Below are positions 9,783-19,615 of a DNA stretch of 64,000 nucleotides, in pieces. Made by a program: the position numbers and the translations under genes. Origin of the DNA: Escherichia coli O157:H7. GTDB lineage: Bacteria > Pseudomonadota > Gammaproteobacteria > Enterobacterales > Enterobacteriaceae. Position 1 is the first letter of the stretch, and each line of letters starts with the position of its first letter. The stretch lies in assembly GCF_013167455.1 (NCBI RefSeq), contig NZ_CP038328.1; one strand, 5' to 3'. A model generated the notes under the pieces. The model was given only the letters and a program-made list of their open reading frames with translations, made no database searches and had not been told where the DNA came from.

Positions 9783-12166
9783 AGCATTGTCTCCAGCTCT
9801 TCCCTCAGCGCCTTACTGTCAGTAATGAGCTCAGGAACCCTTTCATTTAATGCCTGAAGTCGCCCGGTAAGCCGTTCCTGCGCCTGCTGATCGCGTTTAT
9901 GATCTTCAGAGCTCTGAATCAGCGTGTTACGCAGTTGTTCAACTTTCTCCCTGAATGCGCAGAAAAAGGCATCGATTTCCTGGCGGACGGGCTGGTTAAT
10001 ATCCTGCTCAATGGATGCCTGCAGCTCCCCGAAATATGCCCGGGTCAGTGACATAACTTCCTCTCTGGCCTTGTTGATATTGATCACGCTGCGACTCACA
10101 TCCTCGTCATAGTTTTCCCAGCCCAGGTCACTGGTGCCAAACCATCGACAAACGGTTCCCCATACGCCACTCTGCCGACGGCGACGGGTGACGGTCTCCG
10201 TTCTTTCCTCCATAAGCGCACTCAGATTTATTTTTACCGCGAGCCGGGTCTGTAACTGGCTGACTGCCGGAAAACTGATTTTTACGGTAAAGCCCTCATC
10301 CTCCAGGCGGGCATTGATGCGACCGGCAATGTTTTCTGTGGCGTACAGGGCCGTGCCACGAAAACCTGTTTCAATCCCGCTGACGATTTTCTCCAGCTCA
10401 GGCCGGAACTGTGCTTCAGCCTCACGGTGCAGGCTGGTCACGGTCGATTCGATTTGCGTCATCAGTTCAAGGGCTGCCCTGCGATCACTGAATTTTATTT
10501 CGGGGCTGTCCGGATCAAAGTCCCGCATCCTGTCATGCTGATTTCCGGTTCCGAAAATATCGTGAAAGAAAGCGAATGCGTTTCTCTCCCGGGGCTGCGC
10601 TGAATTTTCTTCCTCCAGCATTTGCTGTTCTTTGCGTTTACCGCTTCTGAAATAGTCGTTCAGCTCCTCCTCCAGTGAGGCACAGACCTTCGTCAGTAAT
10701 TCCCCGGTTTTGGTATTGATGTCCTCCATGGCCATTCTGACATCACCGGTCACCTGATTCTGACATTCCTCAATCTCCTGGATATCCGCCAGCAGGCTGG
10801 TAATATGCGCCTGTAGTGACTGAATGCTTTGCTGCAGCCCCTGATGACGTAATGACAGATATTCGCTGACATTTTCTGCATTCTGCATCAGTTTTGCGGC
10901 GGCAGAGTCAACCGCCAGTGCCGCCGCTCTGGAATGGGAGCTCTGTATGACTTCCGTTATCAGTTGATCGATCAGAGATATATTCCAGAGTTTTTCTGCC
11001 TTTTTATTTACCTTAGTGCTGTCTTTCCAGTCGTCCTCTTCCACCATAGGTCCGAAAGCTTCCCTGATAAAATCATCGACCCAGGCTTCATCAACCGGAA
11101 GCGCACCGTTTTTTCGTAACTCATGAAGCGCACGGTTAGCCAGGTACGCCTGACGTGATGAGCCGGGATAAACGCGGGAGGCGGGCAGCACATCGCTGTT
11201 CAGCATTGCTGGCACCTTCTGGCGTACGGCATCCGCACCATCACCATTGCGATCTTTTTCATCGAATTTATTGACCAGCACAAACAGACGACCGGCTGAG
11301 ACGTCAGCAATGGCATTAAGCTCTTTACGAACCTCCTCATCGGCTTTCGAGTTCATCTGGGTGTAATCCATCACCGCCAGCACCGCAGAGGCTTTCTGTA
11401 GTTGATCCCGCATCATCATTTCCATCTGTGGTTGTCCGGCTTCATTAGGGCCGGGGGTATCCAGCAGTGTGAGTGTTCCCTGACATGCATCCATTCCCAC
11501 CAGGTGGCTGAACGCCACGTCGATCACCGGTAGTTTCTGCACTTCTGCGTATTCGTCAAAAGGAAATTCAGTCCCCATTGCCGCAGCAAGACGAACCAGG
11601 TCATTTAACGATGCCAGTCCGGTAAAGATTTCGTCTTCCCCGTGGTATTCATTTTTAAGCCAGACATCATCCGCCAGAATATCCAGTAGTTCGCGGGTAT
11701 CCCCGGTTTGCTGCAGGGACTGTGCGACTTGCTGCCCTGCCGGGGTGGCGAGTTTTTCCTGCAGTGTGATTAATAAATTGCGGACGGGCTGAATATGTTC
11801 CAGATGGAGGACCGGTTCCGTTTTTCCGGGAACGTGGCGGATCAATGTCGGTACCGAGGTCATGGGGCGGTTACGGTTGGGCAGAATTTCCTGCCCCACA
11901 ATGGCGTTGATGGTGGTTGATTTGCCCGCCTTCATCGTGCCGACCACAGCCAGCACCATCTCCCTGCGGGCGGTTTTGATTTGTTCGCCCTCCAGCTCCT
12001 CAATTCTTTTCAGCGCTTTCCGTTTATCAAAAAGCAGCCCGTTTTCGTTCTTACTGTCAGATAACACATCCGGCTCATCAACCATTTGCCGGAGCAGATT
12101 GATATTCAGTTGCAAAAGCCGGTCGGCTTCATCACAAAGCAGGGCGATGTTCTTTTCGTGCATCAT
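9779..12166 (-). CDS. Dynamin-family large GTPase (CrfC/YjdA-like)
   Basis: 795 aa; G1 GTMKAGKST, G3 DTPGPNE, G4 NKFD; extensive coiled-coil C-terminal region. Confidence 0.8.
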   Translation of the reverse strand: MMHEKNIALLCDEADRLLQLNINLLRQMVDEPDVLSDSKNENGLLFDKRKALKRIEELEGEQIKTARREMVLAVVGTMKAGKSTTINAIVGQEILPNRNRPMTSVPTLIRHVPGKTEPVLHLEHIQPVRNLLITLQEKLATPAGQQVAQSLQQTGDTRELLDILADDVWLKNEYHGEDEIFTGLASLNDLVRLAAAMGTEFPFDEYAEVQKLPVIDVAFSHLVGMDACQGTLTLLDTPGPNEAGQPQMEMMMRDQLQKASAVLAVMDYTQMNSKADEEVRKELNAIADVSAGRLFVLVNKFDEKDRNGDGADAVRQKVPAMLNSDVLPASRVYPGSSRQAYLANRALHELRKNGALPVDEAWVDDFIREAFGPMVEEDDWKDSTKVNKKAEKLWNISLIDQLITEVIQSSHSRAAALAVDSAAAKLMQNAENVSEYLSLRHQGLQQSIQSLQAHITSLLADIQEIEECQNQVTGDVRMAMEDINTKTGELLTKVCASLEEELNDYFRSGKRKEQQMLEEENSAQPRERNAFAFFHDIFGTGNQHDRMRDFDPDSPEIKFSDRRAALELMTQIESTVTSLHREAEAQFRPELEKIVSGIETGFRGTALYATENIAGRINARLEDEGFTVKISFPAVSQLQTRLAVKINLSALMEERTETVTRRRRQSGVWGTVCRWFGTSDLGWENYDEDVSRSVININKAREEVMSLTRAYFGELQASIEQDINQPVRQEIDAFFCAFREKVEQLRNTLIQSSEDHKRDQQAQERLTGRLQALNERVPELITDSKALREELETML

Positions 12167-12273
12167 TCACCTTTATAAATTCAATAATTCAGAACTGCGG
12201 TGAACAGCAATGAGCGTCCTTTCCCATTACTGCATGAATTTTCCTGAAATCGTATTTCCGGGATACCGTATAA

Positions 12274-15123
12274 TCAGAAAGTCATATTCAGCGTAGCCTG
12301 ACCGTTATAGCCTTCAGCGCTGCTGCCGCTGACGCTGTGGGCATAACCGGCCTGAACGCCCAGGGTGATATTTTCCCGGATACGGGCTTCCAGTCCGGCC
12401 TGCAGGTCCAGTGACGTGCCATTCCGGGACGGTGAGAACGTCATGTTACTGCCGGCTGCGGCTGTCCCCATGCTCATGTCACCCCGGGAGCTGAAGGTGC
12501 GGATAACAGAAGGCTGTACCCACCAGTTCACCGGCAGTTCACTCACACTGTGTTTTGCACTGTCGCGCAGGGTGTCACGGGATGAGGTGCCTTCACCAAA
12601 GGTCATATCGTTGTGGCTGCCCAGACGGAAACCGGCACGCACATGTTGTGCACTGCCATGCCCGAACTTCACATAACCGGCGTTATCCTGGCCGTCATCC
12701 AGGGAGAGTCCCTGCCAGGTGTACTGCAGTTGTGGCTCCAGCATCAGATTGTCAGTGATACTGAAGGGCAGACCGGTTTCCAGTGAGCCCAGCCAGCCCC
12801 AGCCCCGGGCGCGGAAGTCGTTATTGTCCGATGACGCTTTCATGCTGTGACGGGTTCCCTGGGCCACAATGTCAGCCCACAGGCCGGAGGATGTGTGTAC
12901 CAGATTCAGGTATCCGCCCAGACTGCCGGCATCATCCCGGACCGTGCCGGCGCGGGAACCGTCATCATCCTTAACATCAACGGAAGAATGGCCTGCAGCA
13001 CCATACACCCCTGTCGTCAGAGACATACCGGCAACCTCTGTTCTGAGCAGGTCACCCTCCAGACGGACGAAGCCATAGCTGCCGCTGCTTTCCGGCGTGG
13101 CTCCACGGGCAATACCGCCGTTGTTATCGTGACCGAGATGACCGCCCTGAATGCTGAGACGGACGCTGTTATTTTCACCGTTTACACCGGTCTGATGGCT
13201 GCGGGAGCCTGCCAGAATCCGGTCATAGTCCATTGCCTGTGTCAACATGGATGTATACAGGGGGACTTCAGCACGATAAGCATTTTCACTGCGCAGGTAC
13301 CAGTCTTCATCGCTGTCACGGTTCAGGGTGTAGTTAAAGGCGCCGGCCTGAAGCGGGCGACTCAGGGCAAACGCACCTTCTTCTGTGGTGGCGCCATTCT
13401 GTGCATCCACAACCCGGATACCCTGTCCGGTGGTTGCCACCCCGAGGTTGCTGTTTCCGACATTTGTAAACGCAAGCCAGGTTTTGCCGGTTGCCTGACC
13501 ACCATTAATCACCAGCTGGTCAGAGGCATTGCTGCCATCAAGGCGAACACGCATATTGATGGTGCCGCCCTGGCCGGTGAGGTTCGTGGTGGTCAGTTTA
13601 TGGAACGTTACCGGGGAGTTACTTTTTGCAACAGCACGGCTCAGCGCGGCATTCGGTGTCGTCTGATTATCAAAGCGAATCTCCCCTGCGTTAACAATAT
13701 CGCCGGTACTGACCACATCACCATTCAGTACCATACTGGCGCCTTTACTGAGCTGTGTTCTGCCACTCAGACTTCCCCCGGCAGCCAGCGTCAGTGTTCC
13801 ACGATGTCCGACAGTGGTGTTGCCAGCCTGTCCCCCGGCATTAACCGTAAAGCTGCCGCCATTTTCCAGCAGCAGGCCGCTGGCCTGACCGGATGTGCCA
13901 TCAATACTGAACTTACCGCTGGCATTGGTCCCCTCAACAGTGGCACCACTGTCTGCAATCAGGGCACCACCGGATGTTATGGTGACACTTGTCGCCTTAC
14001 CGCCGGCAGACACTGCCAGGGTACCGCCGTCATCCACTAGGGTATTCTGTGCTGAATGGCTCTCCAGTACATCCAGACGACCGCCGGATTCCAGAACAAC
14101 ACCGTCAGCCTTACCGTTTTCCACCGTGAAATTCCCCAGACGGTTTGTGCCGATGACAGTTGCAGCAGTACTGGTAACCAGTGCACCGCCCGTGTTCTGG
14201 GTGACTGCAGTGGCTTCCCCGCCGGCATGTACCCTCAGTTCACCGTTCTGATTTATGGTGGTGTTACCGGCAGCGCCACCTGCCTTAACAACCTGCCAGC
14301 CCCCCTCGTTAATTACCGTGTTCAGCGCAAGTCCGTCCCTGTGCACATATTGGTAACCGCCATTCAGTGTGGTATTCAGGGCCCTTCCGTGTACCGACTG
14401 GTCACCACCTGCGTAAATGAGAGTGTCACGGGCTAGCCCGGAAAATAAGATAATCTGCCGTCCATTTTTGTTGATGGTGGTGGATTCTGCTGTTCCCTGG
14501 ACCTTCTGACCCGTATACGAGTTGTCAGAATCAGGGCCGCCTTCTGCGCCGGTGTTGATGATGGTTCCTGTTGCCAGCCCGCCACTTTTAACGCTCTGGT
14601 AACCGTCGCGGTTGATAATTGTACCGGTGGCAACCCCGCCCTCATGCACCCACTGCTCGCCTCTGTTATTCAGTGTGGTGTTCACCGCCAGTCCGTTCAG
14701 GCTCTGTCCCCCGCCGTCACGAATAACCGTATCACTGGCTGTTCCCCCCTCCAGCACGACCTGACGACCATTTGTGGTGACAGTGGTGTTTCCGGCTATC
14801 CCGCCATTCTGTATCCATTGCCCACCGGTGTTTTCTTCACTGTCCGGCCCCAGTTCCAGCCCGGTACTGATGGTCATTCCGTTGGCCGTACCGAAGACAA
14901 TCTGGTTGTCATGATTTGTCAGTGTTCCATCGTTCACGGTTTCTCCCGCCTGTACAACCTTGTCAGCAGCCAGTGCCGGGACTGATGTGACAGCAGCAAG
15001 AGACAGCGCAACCGCCACACCGGCGCGTTTTCCCCGTGAGCGGGCCAGTTCGGAGGCCACCACCAGGGTGCCCGTAATGTGATTCCATACCAGCCTGTAG
15101 CTGGTGTTCAGATGTCGTTTCAT
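12274..15123 (-). CDS. flu: Antigen 43-family self-associating autotransporter (Cah-like)
   Basis: ORF track 12274..15291; start at MKRHLNTSYRLVWNHITG (ATG 15121-15123); 949 aa; passenger repeats and C-terminal beta-domain ending ...ATLNMTF. Confidence 0.9.
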   Translation of the reverse strand: MKRHLNTSYRLVWNHITGTLVVASELARSRGKRAGVAVALSLAAVTSVPALAADKVVQAGETVNDGTLTNHDNQIVFGTANGMTISTGLELGPDSEENTGGQWIQNGGIAGNTTVTTNGRQVVLEGGTASDTVIRDGGGQSLNGLAVNTTLNNRGEQWVHEGGVATGTIINRDGYQSVKSGGLATGTIINTGAEGGPDSDNSYTGQKVQGTAESTTINKNGRQIILFSGLARDTLIYAGGDQSVHGRALNTTLNGGYQYVHRDGLALNTVINEGGWQVVKAGGAAGNTTINQNGELRVHAGGEATAVTQNTGGALVTSTAATVIGTNRLGNFTVENGKADGVVLESGGRLDVLESHSAQNTLVDDGGTLAVSAGGKATSVTITSGGALIADSGATVEGTNASGKFSIDGTSGQASGLLLENGGSFTVNAGGQAGNTTVGHRGTLTLAAGGSLSGRTQLSKGASMVLNGDVVSTGDIVNAGEIRFDNQTTPNAALSRAVAKSNSPVTFHKLTTTNLTGQGGTINMRVRLDGSNASDQLVINGGQATGKTWLAFTNVGNSNLGVATTGQGIRVVDAQNGATTEEGAFALSRPLQAGAFNYTLNRDSDEDWYLRSENAYRAEVPLYTSMLTQAMDYDRILAGSRSHQTGVNGENNSVRLSIQGGHLGHDNNGGIARGATPESSGSYGFVRLEGDLLRTEVAGMSLTTGVYGAAGHSSVDVKDDDGSRAGTVRDDAGSLGGYLNLVHTSSGLWADIVAQGTRHSMKASSDNNDFRARGWGWLGSLETGLPFSITDNLMLEPQLQYTWQGLSLDDGQDNAGYVKFGHGSAQHVRAGFRLGSHNDMTFGEGTSSRDTLRDSAKHSVSELPVNWWVQPSVIRTFSSRGDMSMGTAAAGSNMTFSPSRNGTSLDLQAGLEARIRENITLGVQAGYAHSVSGSSAEGYNGQATLNMTF

Positions 15124-15348
15124 CAGCTTTTCCTTACAGAGGGTGAATAAAAAAGCCGGTACCCACAAAAGTGGATACCGGCAGGTACAAAACAGAGTTA
15201 TCGGGCACAGCGATACGTCCCGGGCGTAAACGCTCTCCCCCTTCATCAGACAGAGAAGTATCAGTCTGTTGTGTGCAATTCCGTTCTGCATGATGAAGAG
15301 ATTCAGCTGCCTTTTCGCAGGCCATTAACCACTATAAACGATCGATAT

Positions 15349-15384
15349 AAACGATCGATACCTGTTTTATCGATCGTTTTATTC
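15349..15384. promoter_or_regulatory. Three closely spaced GATC sites upstream of the Ag43 gene (Dam/OxyR phase-variation switch)
   Basis: GATC at 15349-15352, 15362-15365, 15381-15384 within ACGATCGATATAAACGATCGATACCTGTTTTATCGATCG, about 230 bp upstream of the start. Confidence 0.65.
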
Positions 15385-15494
15385 TATTAACAGTAGAGCA
15401 GTCACGCAAGAGAAACAGGAGGGGCATGAGGTGTTTGTATCATGTTTTCAGTTGGTTAACGCAATGTAATCAGACATTTCCCCTGGCAGACTGT

Positions 15495-16367
15495 TCAGAA
15501 GAAAATCCAGTTCCATACCGCGCGGGCAACAGAGACCACCGTGTCACGGACGGCACGCAGAACTGTGCGTGCAACAGAGGCAACACAGACGCTCTCCACC
15601 GTGTCAAATATCCGGTCCACCGCACCGGTAAACTGTTCACGGGCCTGCCCCCAGACAGATTCCGTGCACAGCTCGTCCTGCAGGCGGGTCATCAGGGGAC
15701 TGGCGGCATGGTCGGGAAGCGCTGTCATGAGCGCACTGACCAGCGTATCCAGTTCCCAGCCGGTGCGGGCCGATACGGCAACAACCGGATGTACGGGCCG
15801 GAACAGCCGGAATACCGCATCTGTTTTTTCGCGAATGTTCTGTTCCTGTGCGGGAGAAGGCTGAATACCTGCCATATCCCATTCATGGCAGGGCTCTGTT
15901 TTGTCGGCCTGCGTCACCACAAACAGCACCTGCTGATGTCCCCGGTGCAGTATGTGTCGCCAGAAATACTCATCCACAGACAGGGCACGGTCATCGGCTT
16001 TAATCAGCCACAGTACCAAGTCCAGTTCAGGCAGAATGTCACGGTACAGGGCTTCATACTCTGCATCCCTGTCCCGGCTCTCGCCCACCCCGGGCAGGTC
16101 AGTGATAACCATGCTGTGACCATGGCCACTCAGACGGAAGCGCCGCACTTCCCGGGTGCCGGCGTGAACATCACTGACCGGGGTGACCTCCCCCTGAAAC
16201 AGTGCATTACAGAGTGAGGATTTACCGGCCCCGCTTTTACCCATAATGCCAATCACGGGTTCGTGACTGGTGAGTTTGCGCAGATGTTCCAGGATGTGAC
16301 GGGAAAGCGAGTAAGGCAGGGAGGAGAGCGGTTTTTCAATTGCCTCAATGGCATCAGACGGATTCAT
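15495..16367 (-). CDS. YeeP/YkfA/YfjP-family GTPase (50S ribosome-binding GTPase family)
   Basis: ORF track 15495..16406; likely start MNPSDAIEAIEK (ATG at 16365-16367); P-loop GKSGAGKSS, DLPG motif. Confidence 0.75.
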   Translation of the reverse strand: MNPSDAIEAIEKPLSSLPYSLSRHILEHLRKLTSHEPVIGIMGKSGAGKSSLCNALFQGEVTPVSDVHAGTREVRRFRLSGHGHSMVITDLPGVGESRDRDAEYEALYRDILPELDLVLWLIKADDRALSVDEYFWRHILHRGHQQVLFVVTQADKTEPCHEWDMAGIQPSPAQEQNIREKTDAVFRLFRPVHPVVAVSARTGWELDTLVSALMTALPDHAASPLMTRLQDELCTESVWGQAREQFTGAVDRIFDTVESVCVASVARTVLRAVRDTVVSVARAVWNWIFF

Positions 16368-16695
16368 ACATGTATTCCCGGTGAAAAAAGACAAAACCCC
16401 GCGCACCGGAAAGGTGGCGGGGGATTCACAACGATAATATCTGTCTGAAATTATTTAGGATGCAGGTATCTTCTGATAATCATACATCCCGAATTTTGTT
16501 CTTAATAGTTGAGTAGTGGTATTTGGTTTCCCTGAGAGAATATAAAGGTGAATCATGCTGCATTGAGTTTGATTCAATTTGTACTGAGACAAGTATCTTC
16601 ATGATTATAATCAAAAGTTGGGTGGATTGGTCTGGCGCTCATCATTTTTTCGAATAAACTCACTAATTATTGCCCCCCCCAAAGGAGATGATTTC

Positions 16696-16878
16696 ATGTA
16701 TAATTGTGGTGAATCATATTCAGAATACGACATATCATTATCTGACGATGAAAACTATGACGATGACTATTATCGTGAACGCCCGTGTCCGGGAGAAGTT
16801 TTCGGCTATGATAATACTGAGGATAATGATGAGGCGGCATCTGATTATGCATTAAAAATAAATGAAAACTCTGATTAA
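16696..16878 (+). CDS. Small highly acidic hypothetical protein (60 aa)
   Basis: ATG 16696 preceded by AAGGAG at 16682-16687; MYNCGESYSEYDISLSDDENYDDDYYRERPCPGEVFGYDNTEDNDEAASDYALKINENSD. Confidence 0.35.
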   Translation: MYNCGESYSEYDISLSDDENYDDDYYRERPCPGEVFGYDNTEDNDEAASDYALKINENSD

Positions 16879-17108
16879 TACGGGGATAGCTGATAATAAG
16901 ACAATCAATGACAGATATTAATGAATAAACATAATCAGGCGCTCAATACTTGGTTTAATCTGGGCGCCTGATTAAAATCTGAGGAAACATATAATAATTT
17001 TCATCAAAATAGTATTTATGTACTAACTAAGCTGGATTTGAACCTCTATTTCTGGGTATTTGTTATCACTTAATCCATTACTGCTCCTCCTTCAGCATAT
17101 GTCGTATC

Positions 17109-17690
17109 CGTTGAAGGATTTACGCATATCGGTAACGTCGGCAACGAGCCAGATGCGGGTACCTGACGGGAGTGAGATCATCGTCCCCTCCCGGTCAGTT
17201 CACGGATCAACAGCGTGAGCAGCTCTGGCGATGGATTTTCCAGCGTCATGTTACCGTGACGGAACTCCACCTTGCAGGAGCCGGCACTGACACTGGTCTG
17301 AGTGGAAGTGGATAAAGACGGCGCAATGGCCGCCACCGGTTCTTTCTGCTCATCCGGCGTTATTTCTACAGGTAATAATTCAACGCCAGTGTCAGAAGAG
17401 GTCGTTACCTGAAGACGCCGTGATATACGCCCTTCGTTCTGCCAGAGCCTGAGCCATTTGAACAGGAGGTTATCATTGATATCGTGTTCCCGGGCAATAC
17501 GGGCAACAGAGGCTCCTGGTTGTGATGCCAGTTCCACCATACGAAGTTTGAATTCATTCGAATAGTTTTTACGAGGTTCTTTTCGCCAGTCCTGTAATTC
17601 CATACTTAGATGTCCGTCTATATCAGATGGGCGTCTAAGTTACCAATTTTCGTCTGATGGCTACATACGGCGGTCAGTTTACGCTTACTG
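17109..17690 (-). mobile_element. Truncated IS66-family element (3' tnpB fragment + tnpA + terminal inverted repeat)
   Basis: 17109-17690 aligns to 56289-56866 of the intact IS66-family copy; terminal repeat GGCTACATACGGCGGTCAGTTTACGCTTAC at 17661-17690. Confidence 0.8.
17178..17603 (-). CDS. IS66-family accessory protein TnpA
   Basis: 141 aa, strongly similar to the 56355..56780 ORF. Confidence 0.85.
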   Translation of the reverse strand: MELQDWRKEPRKNYSNEFKLRMVELASQPGASVARIAREHDINDNLLFKWLRLWQNEGRISRRLQVTTSSDTGVELLPVEITPDEQKEPVAAIAPSLSTSTQTSVSAGSCKVEFRHGNMTLENPSPELLTLLIRELTGRGR

Positions 17691-17905
17691 ACAACGCGAT
17701 GGCGGAGAGCATCAATGGTCTTTACAAAGCGGAGGTAATACACCGTAAGAGCTGGAAAAACCGTGCAGAAGTGGAACTGGCCACACTCACGTGGGTGGAC
17801 TGGTATAACAATCGACGATTGCTGGAAAGGCTGGGCCATACTCCTCCGGCAGAAGCAGAAAAAGCTTATTATGCTTCCATCGGAAACGATGATCTGGCAG
17901 CCTGA
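17691..17905 (+). pseudogene. C-terminal fragment of an IS3-family transposase (OrfB), truncated by the IS66 remnant
   Basis: Translation ...DNAMAESINGLYKAEVIHRKSWKNRAEVELATLTWVDWYNNRRLLERLGHTPPAE resembles IS3-family OrfB C-termini. Confidence 0.55.
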
Positions 17906-17944
17906 GTTCACAGATAAAACACTCTCCAGGAAACCCGGGGCGGT

Positions 17945-18287
17945 TCAAACCTGATTCTGGAAAAGGACTTTGTGGATTGTTGCTATTGCCAGTGAGATTG
18001 AATGAAGTCGTTTTAACTCGCTTTGAATACGTCTTGCCCCCAGATTTCGCTGAGAACGTAACTCCAGAATCAGAGCGACTTCGCAAGTGCCGGTTTTCGT
18101 TGATGGTGAACGCTTGGGGCGACGGCTGTGGCTTTCCAGACCAGCGATGCCCTGAGCCAGATATCTGCGCCACCATTTTACGCAATGTGGGCCGAGAAAT
18201 GCCACAGCGACGGCATACAAATCCCGCATCACCGGACGTTTCATAGAGTTTTACCCACTGTAGCCGCTGCTGAATTTCCCTGTTCAT
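17945..18287 (-). pseudogene. Frameshifted N-terminal fragment of a DDE transposase (IS481/IS3-like)
   Basis: Two overlapping frames, MNREIQQRLQWVKLYETSGDAGFVCRRCGISRPTLRK and ...WWRRYLAQGIAGLESHSRRPKRSP, consistent with a disrupted transposase N-terminus. Confidence 0.45.
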
Positions 18288-18602
18288 AATTTGGCATTAG
18301 TTCAGCTCAATCCCGACTTAAAAAGTCCCTACAGGATGTTCCGGACCTGAGGCACAGTTCATATCCTTATCCATAAAAAATTTAGCTATGTCTATAGCAT
18401 TAATCTTGACAAGACGACGTTAGGGCCTGGCGATGAATCATTTCCCCTGCCAGATATCCTTTGGGGTGCACCAGAACTACCGTTTTATATCTATATAACT
18501 GAAACGTCCCTCGCCATCCTTCATATTTTGATGTAGTAACACCATTCACTTTCATCTACCCCCCGTTTTATTAACATATAGTAAAAATCACCTCGCCGCA
18601 TT

Positions 18603-19247
18603 TTATTCTTTTGAAGTAAAATCATTTACCAGTTCACTTAAAGCTCTCTTTTGTTCATCATCATACAGAGATTGAATCCGGAATTTAATCTCTTCTGCAA
18701 CCAGTCTTGCATCGGGCTCATAAAATATTTTTGTTATTCGCTGTTTCTGATGTTCAGGCTGGTCTTCCATATTTCGTAAAACCAGATGAAATAATATATC
18801 ATAAAGTGCGCAATGCCATGAATAACCATCATTGGTTAAAATAAGCTCCCAAACCCGCTCCTGCTCGGCAATAAGCTGCAGAACAAAGGACTCAACCTGT
18901 TCTGTTTGTTCGGGGGCAACACGGTATAGCGGAGCAATCACAGCAAAAGATAGTTCATTTAACCAGGATTCCGCTTCCTTCTCGCTCCTGAACGGTGGAC
19001 AGTTTTGTATTCTTCGTTCGTATTCACGGGTAATCTGCTCCAGAATATCCTCCGGCGGTGTCAGCCACTTATTCCTGAGCAATACACTGGTTGATGGATG
19101 ACAGCTGGCTATTTCAGCAATAATTTCACGTAATGTCTCCGGGCTGAACTTCTTCAGCTGATTGTAGTGCTCCCGGGTAAAACCATGTTCATCGCATAAA
19201 AGTTGCCATGTCATTGATATACTGTTTGCCATTCCTTGCTTCATCAT
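18603..19247 (-). CDS. Hypothetical protein (214 aa), co-oriented with the IbrAB-like genes
   Basis: ORF only; no motif recognised. Confidence 0.45.
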   Translation of the reverse strand: MMKQGMANSISMTWQLLCDEHGFTREHYNQLKKFSPETLREIIAEIASCHPSTSVLLRNKWLTPPEDILEQITREYERRIQNCPPFRSEKEAESWLNELSFAVIAPLYRVAPEQTEQVESFVLQLIAEQERVWELILTNDGYSWHCALYDILFHLVLRNMEDQPEHQKQRITKIFYEPDARLVAEEIKFRIQSLYDDEQKRALSELVNDFTSKE

Positions 19248-19267
19248 TAATACCTGTTACCTGAATA

Positions 19268-19576
19268 TCAACAGACCGGTGTACCTTTTCTGAATACCTC
19301 CCCGGACGGAGTGGCAATCCCCATTCGCCTCAGCGTGGCATCTGCAGCTTTCGCCACCTCGCTGATATCCAGCGTTTCAGGTAGCGGCGGGGACGATATC
19401 TGCGCCAGACAATAATTCCGGCGCAACAACAACCACTCCCGTTGTGCTTCTGTACATTCAACATTTCCCATAACAAAAAGCCAGCGGTCAGAAGCTCTGC
19501 GCCAGCAACCAGCAGCCTCCAGTTTCTGCGCAACCATGTCTTCCACAACTTCCGGGGTACTCTTTTTCCTGCTCAA
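19268..19576 (-). CDS. Hypothetical protein (102 aa)
   Basis: ORF only; 21-bp gap to the next ORF suggests co-transcription. Confidence 0.4.
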   Translation of the reverse strand: MSRKKSTPEVVEDMVAQKLEAAGCWRRASDRWLFVMGNVECTEAQREWLLLRRNYCLAQISSPPLPETLDISEVAKAADATLRRMGIATPSGEVFRKGTPVC

Positions 19577-19615
19577 AACATTAACTCACTGAAATAATAT
19601 ACATATCTGACGGTC

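Noticed and set aside
12365-14985. Numerous plus-strand ORFs (up to 397 aa at 12847..14040) inside the Ag43 gene region
   Set aside because: They lie antisense to a clearly recognisable 949-aa autotransporter in GC-rich repetitive sequence; open antisense frames are expected there and the translations show no known motifs.
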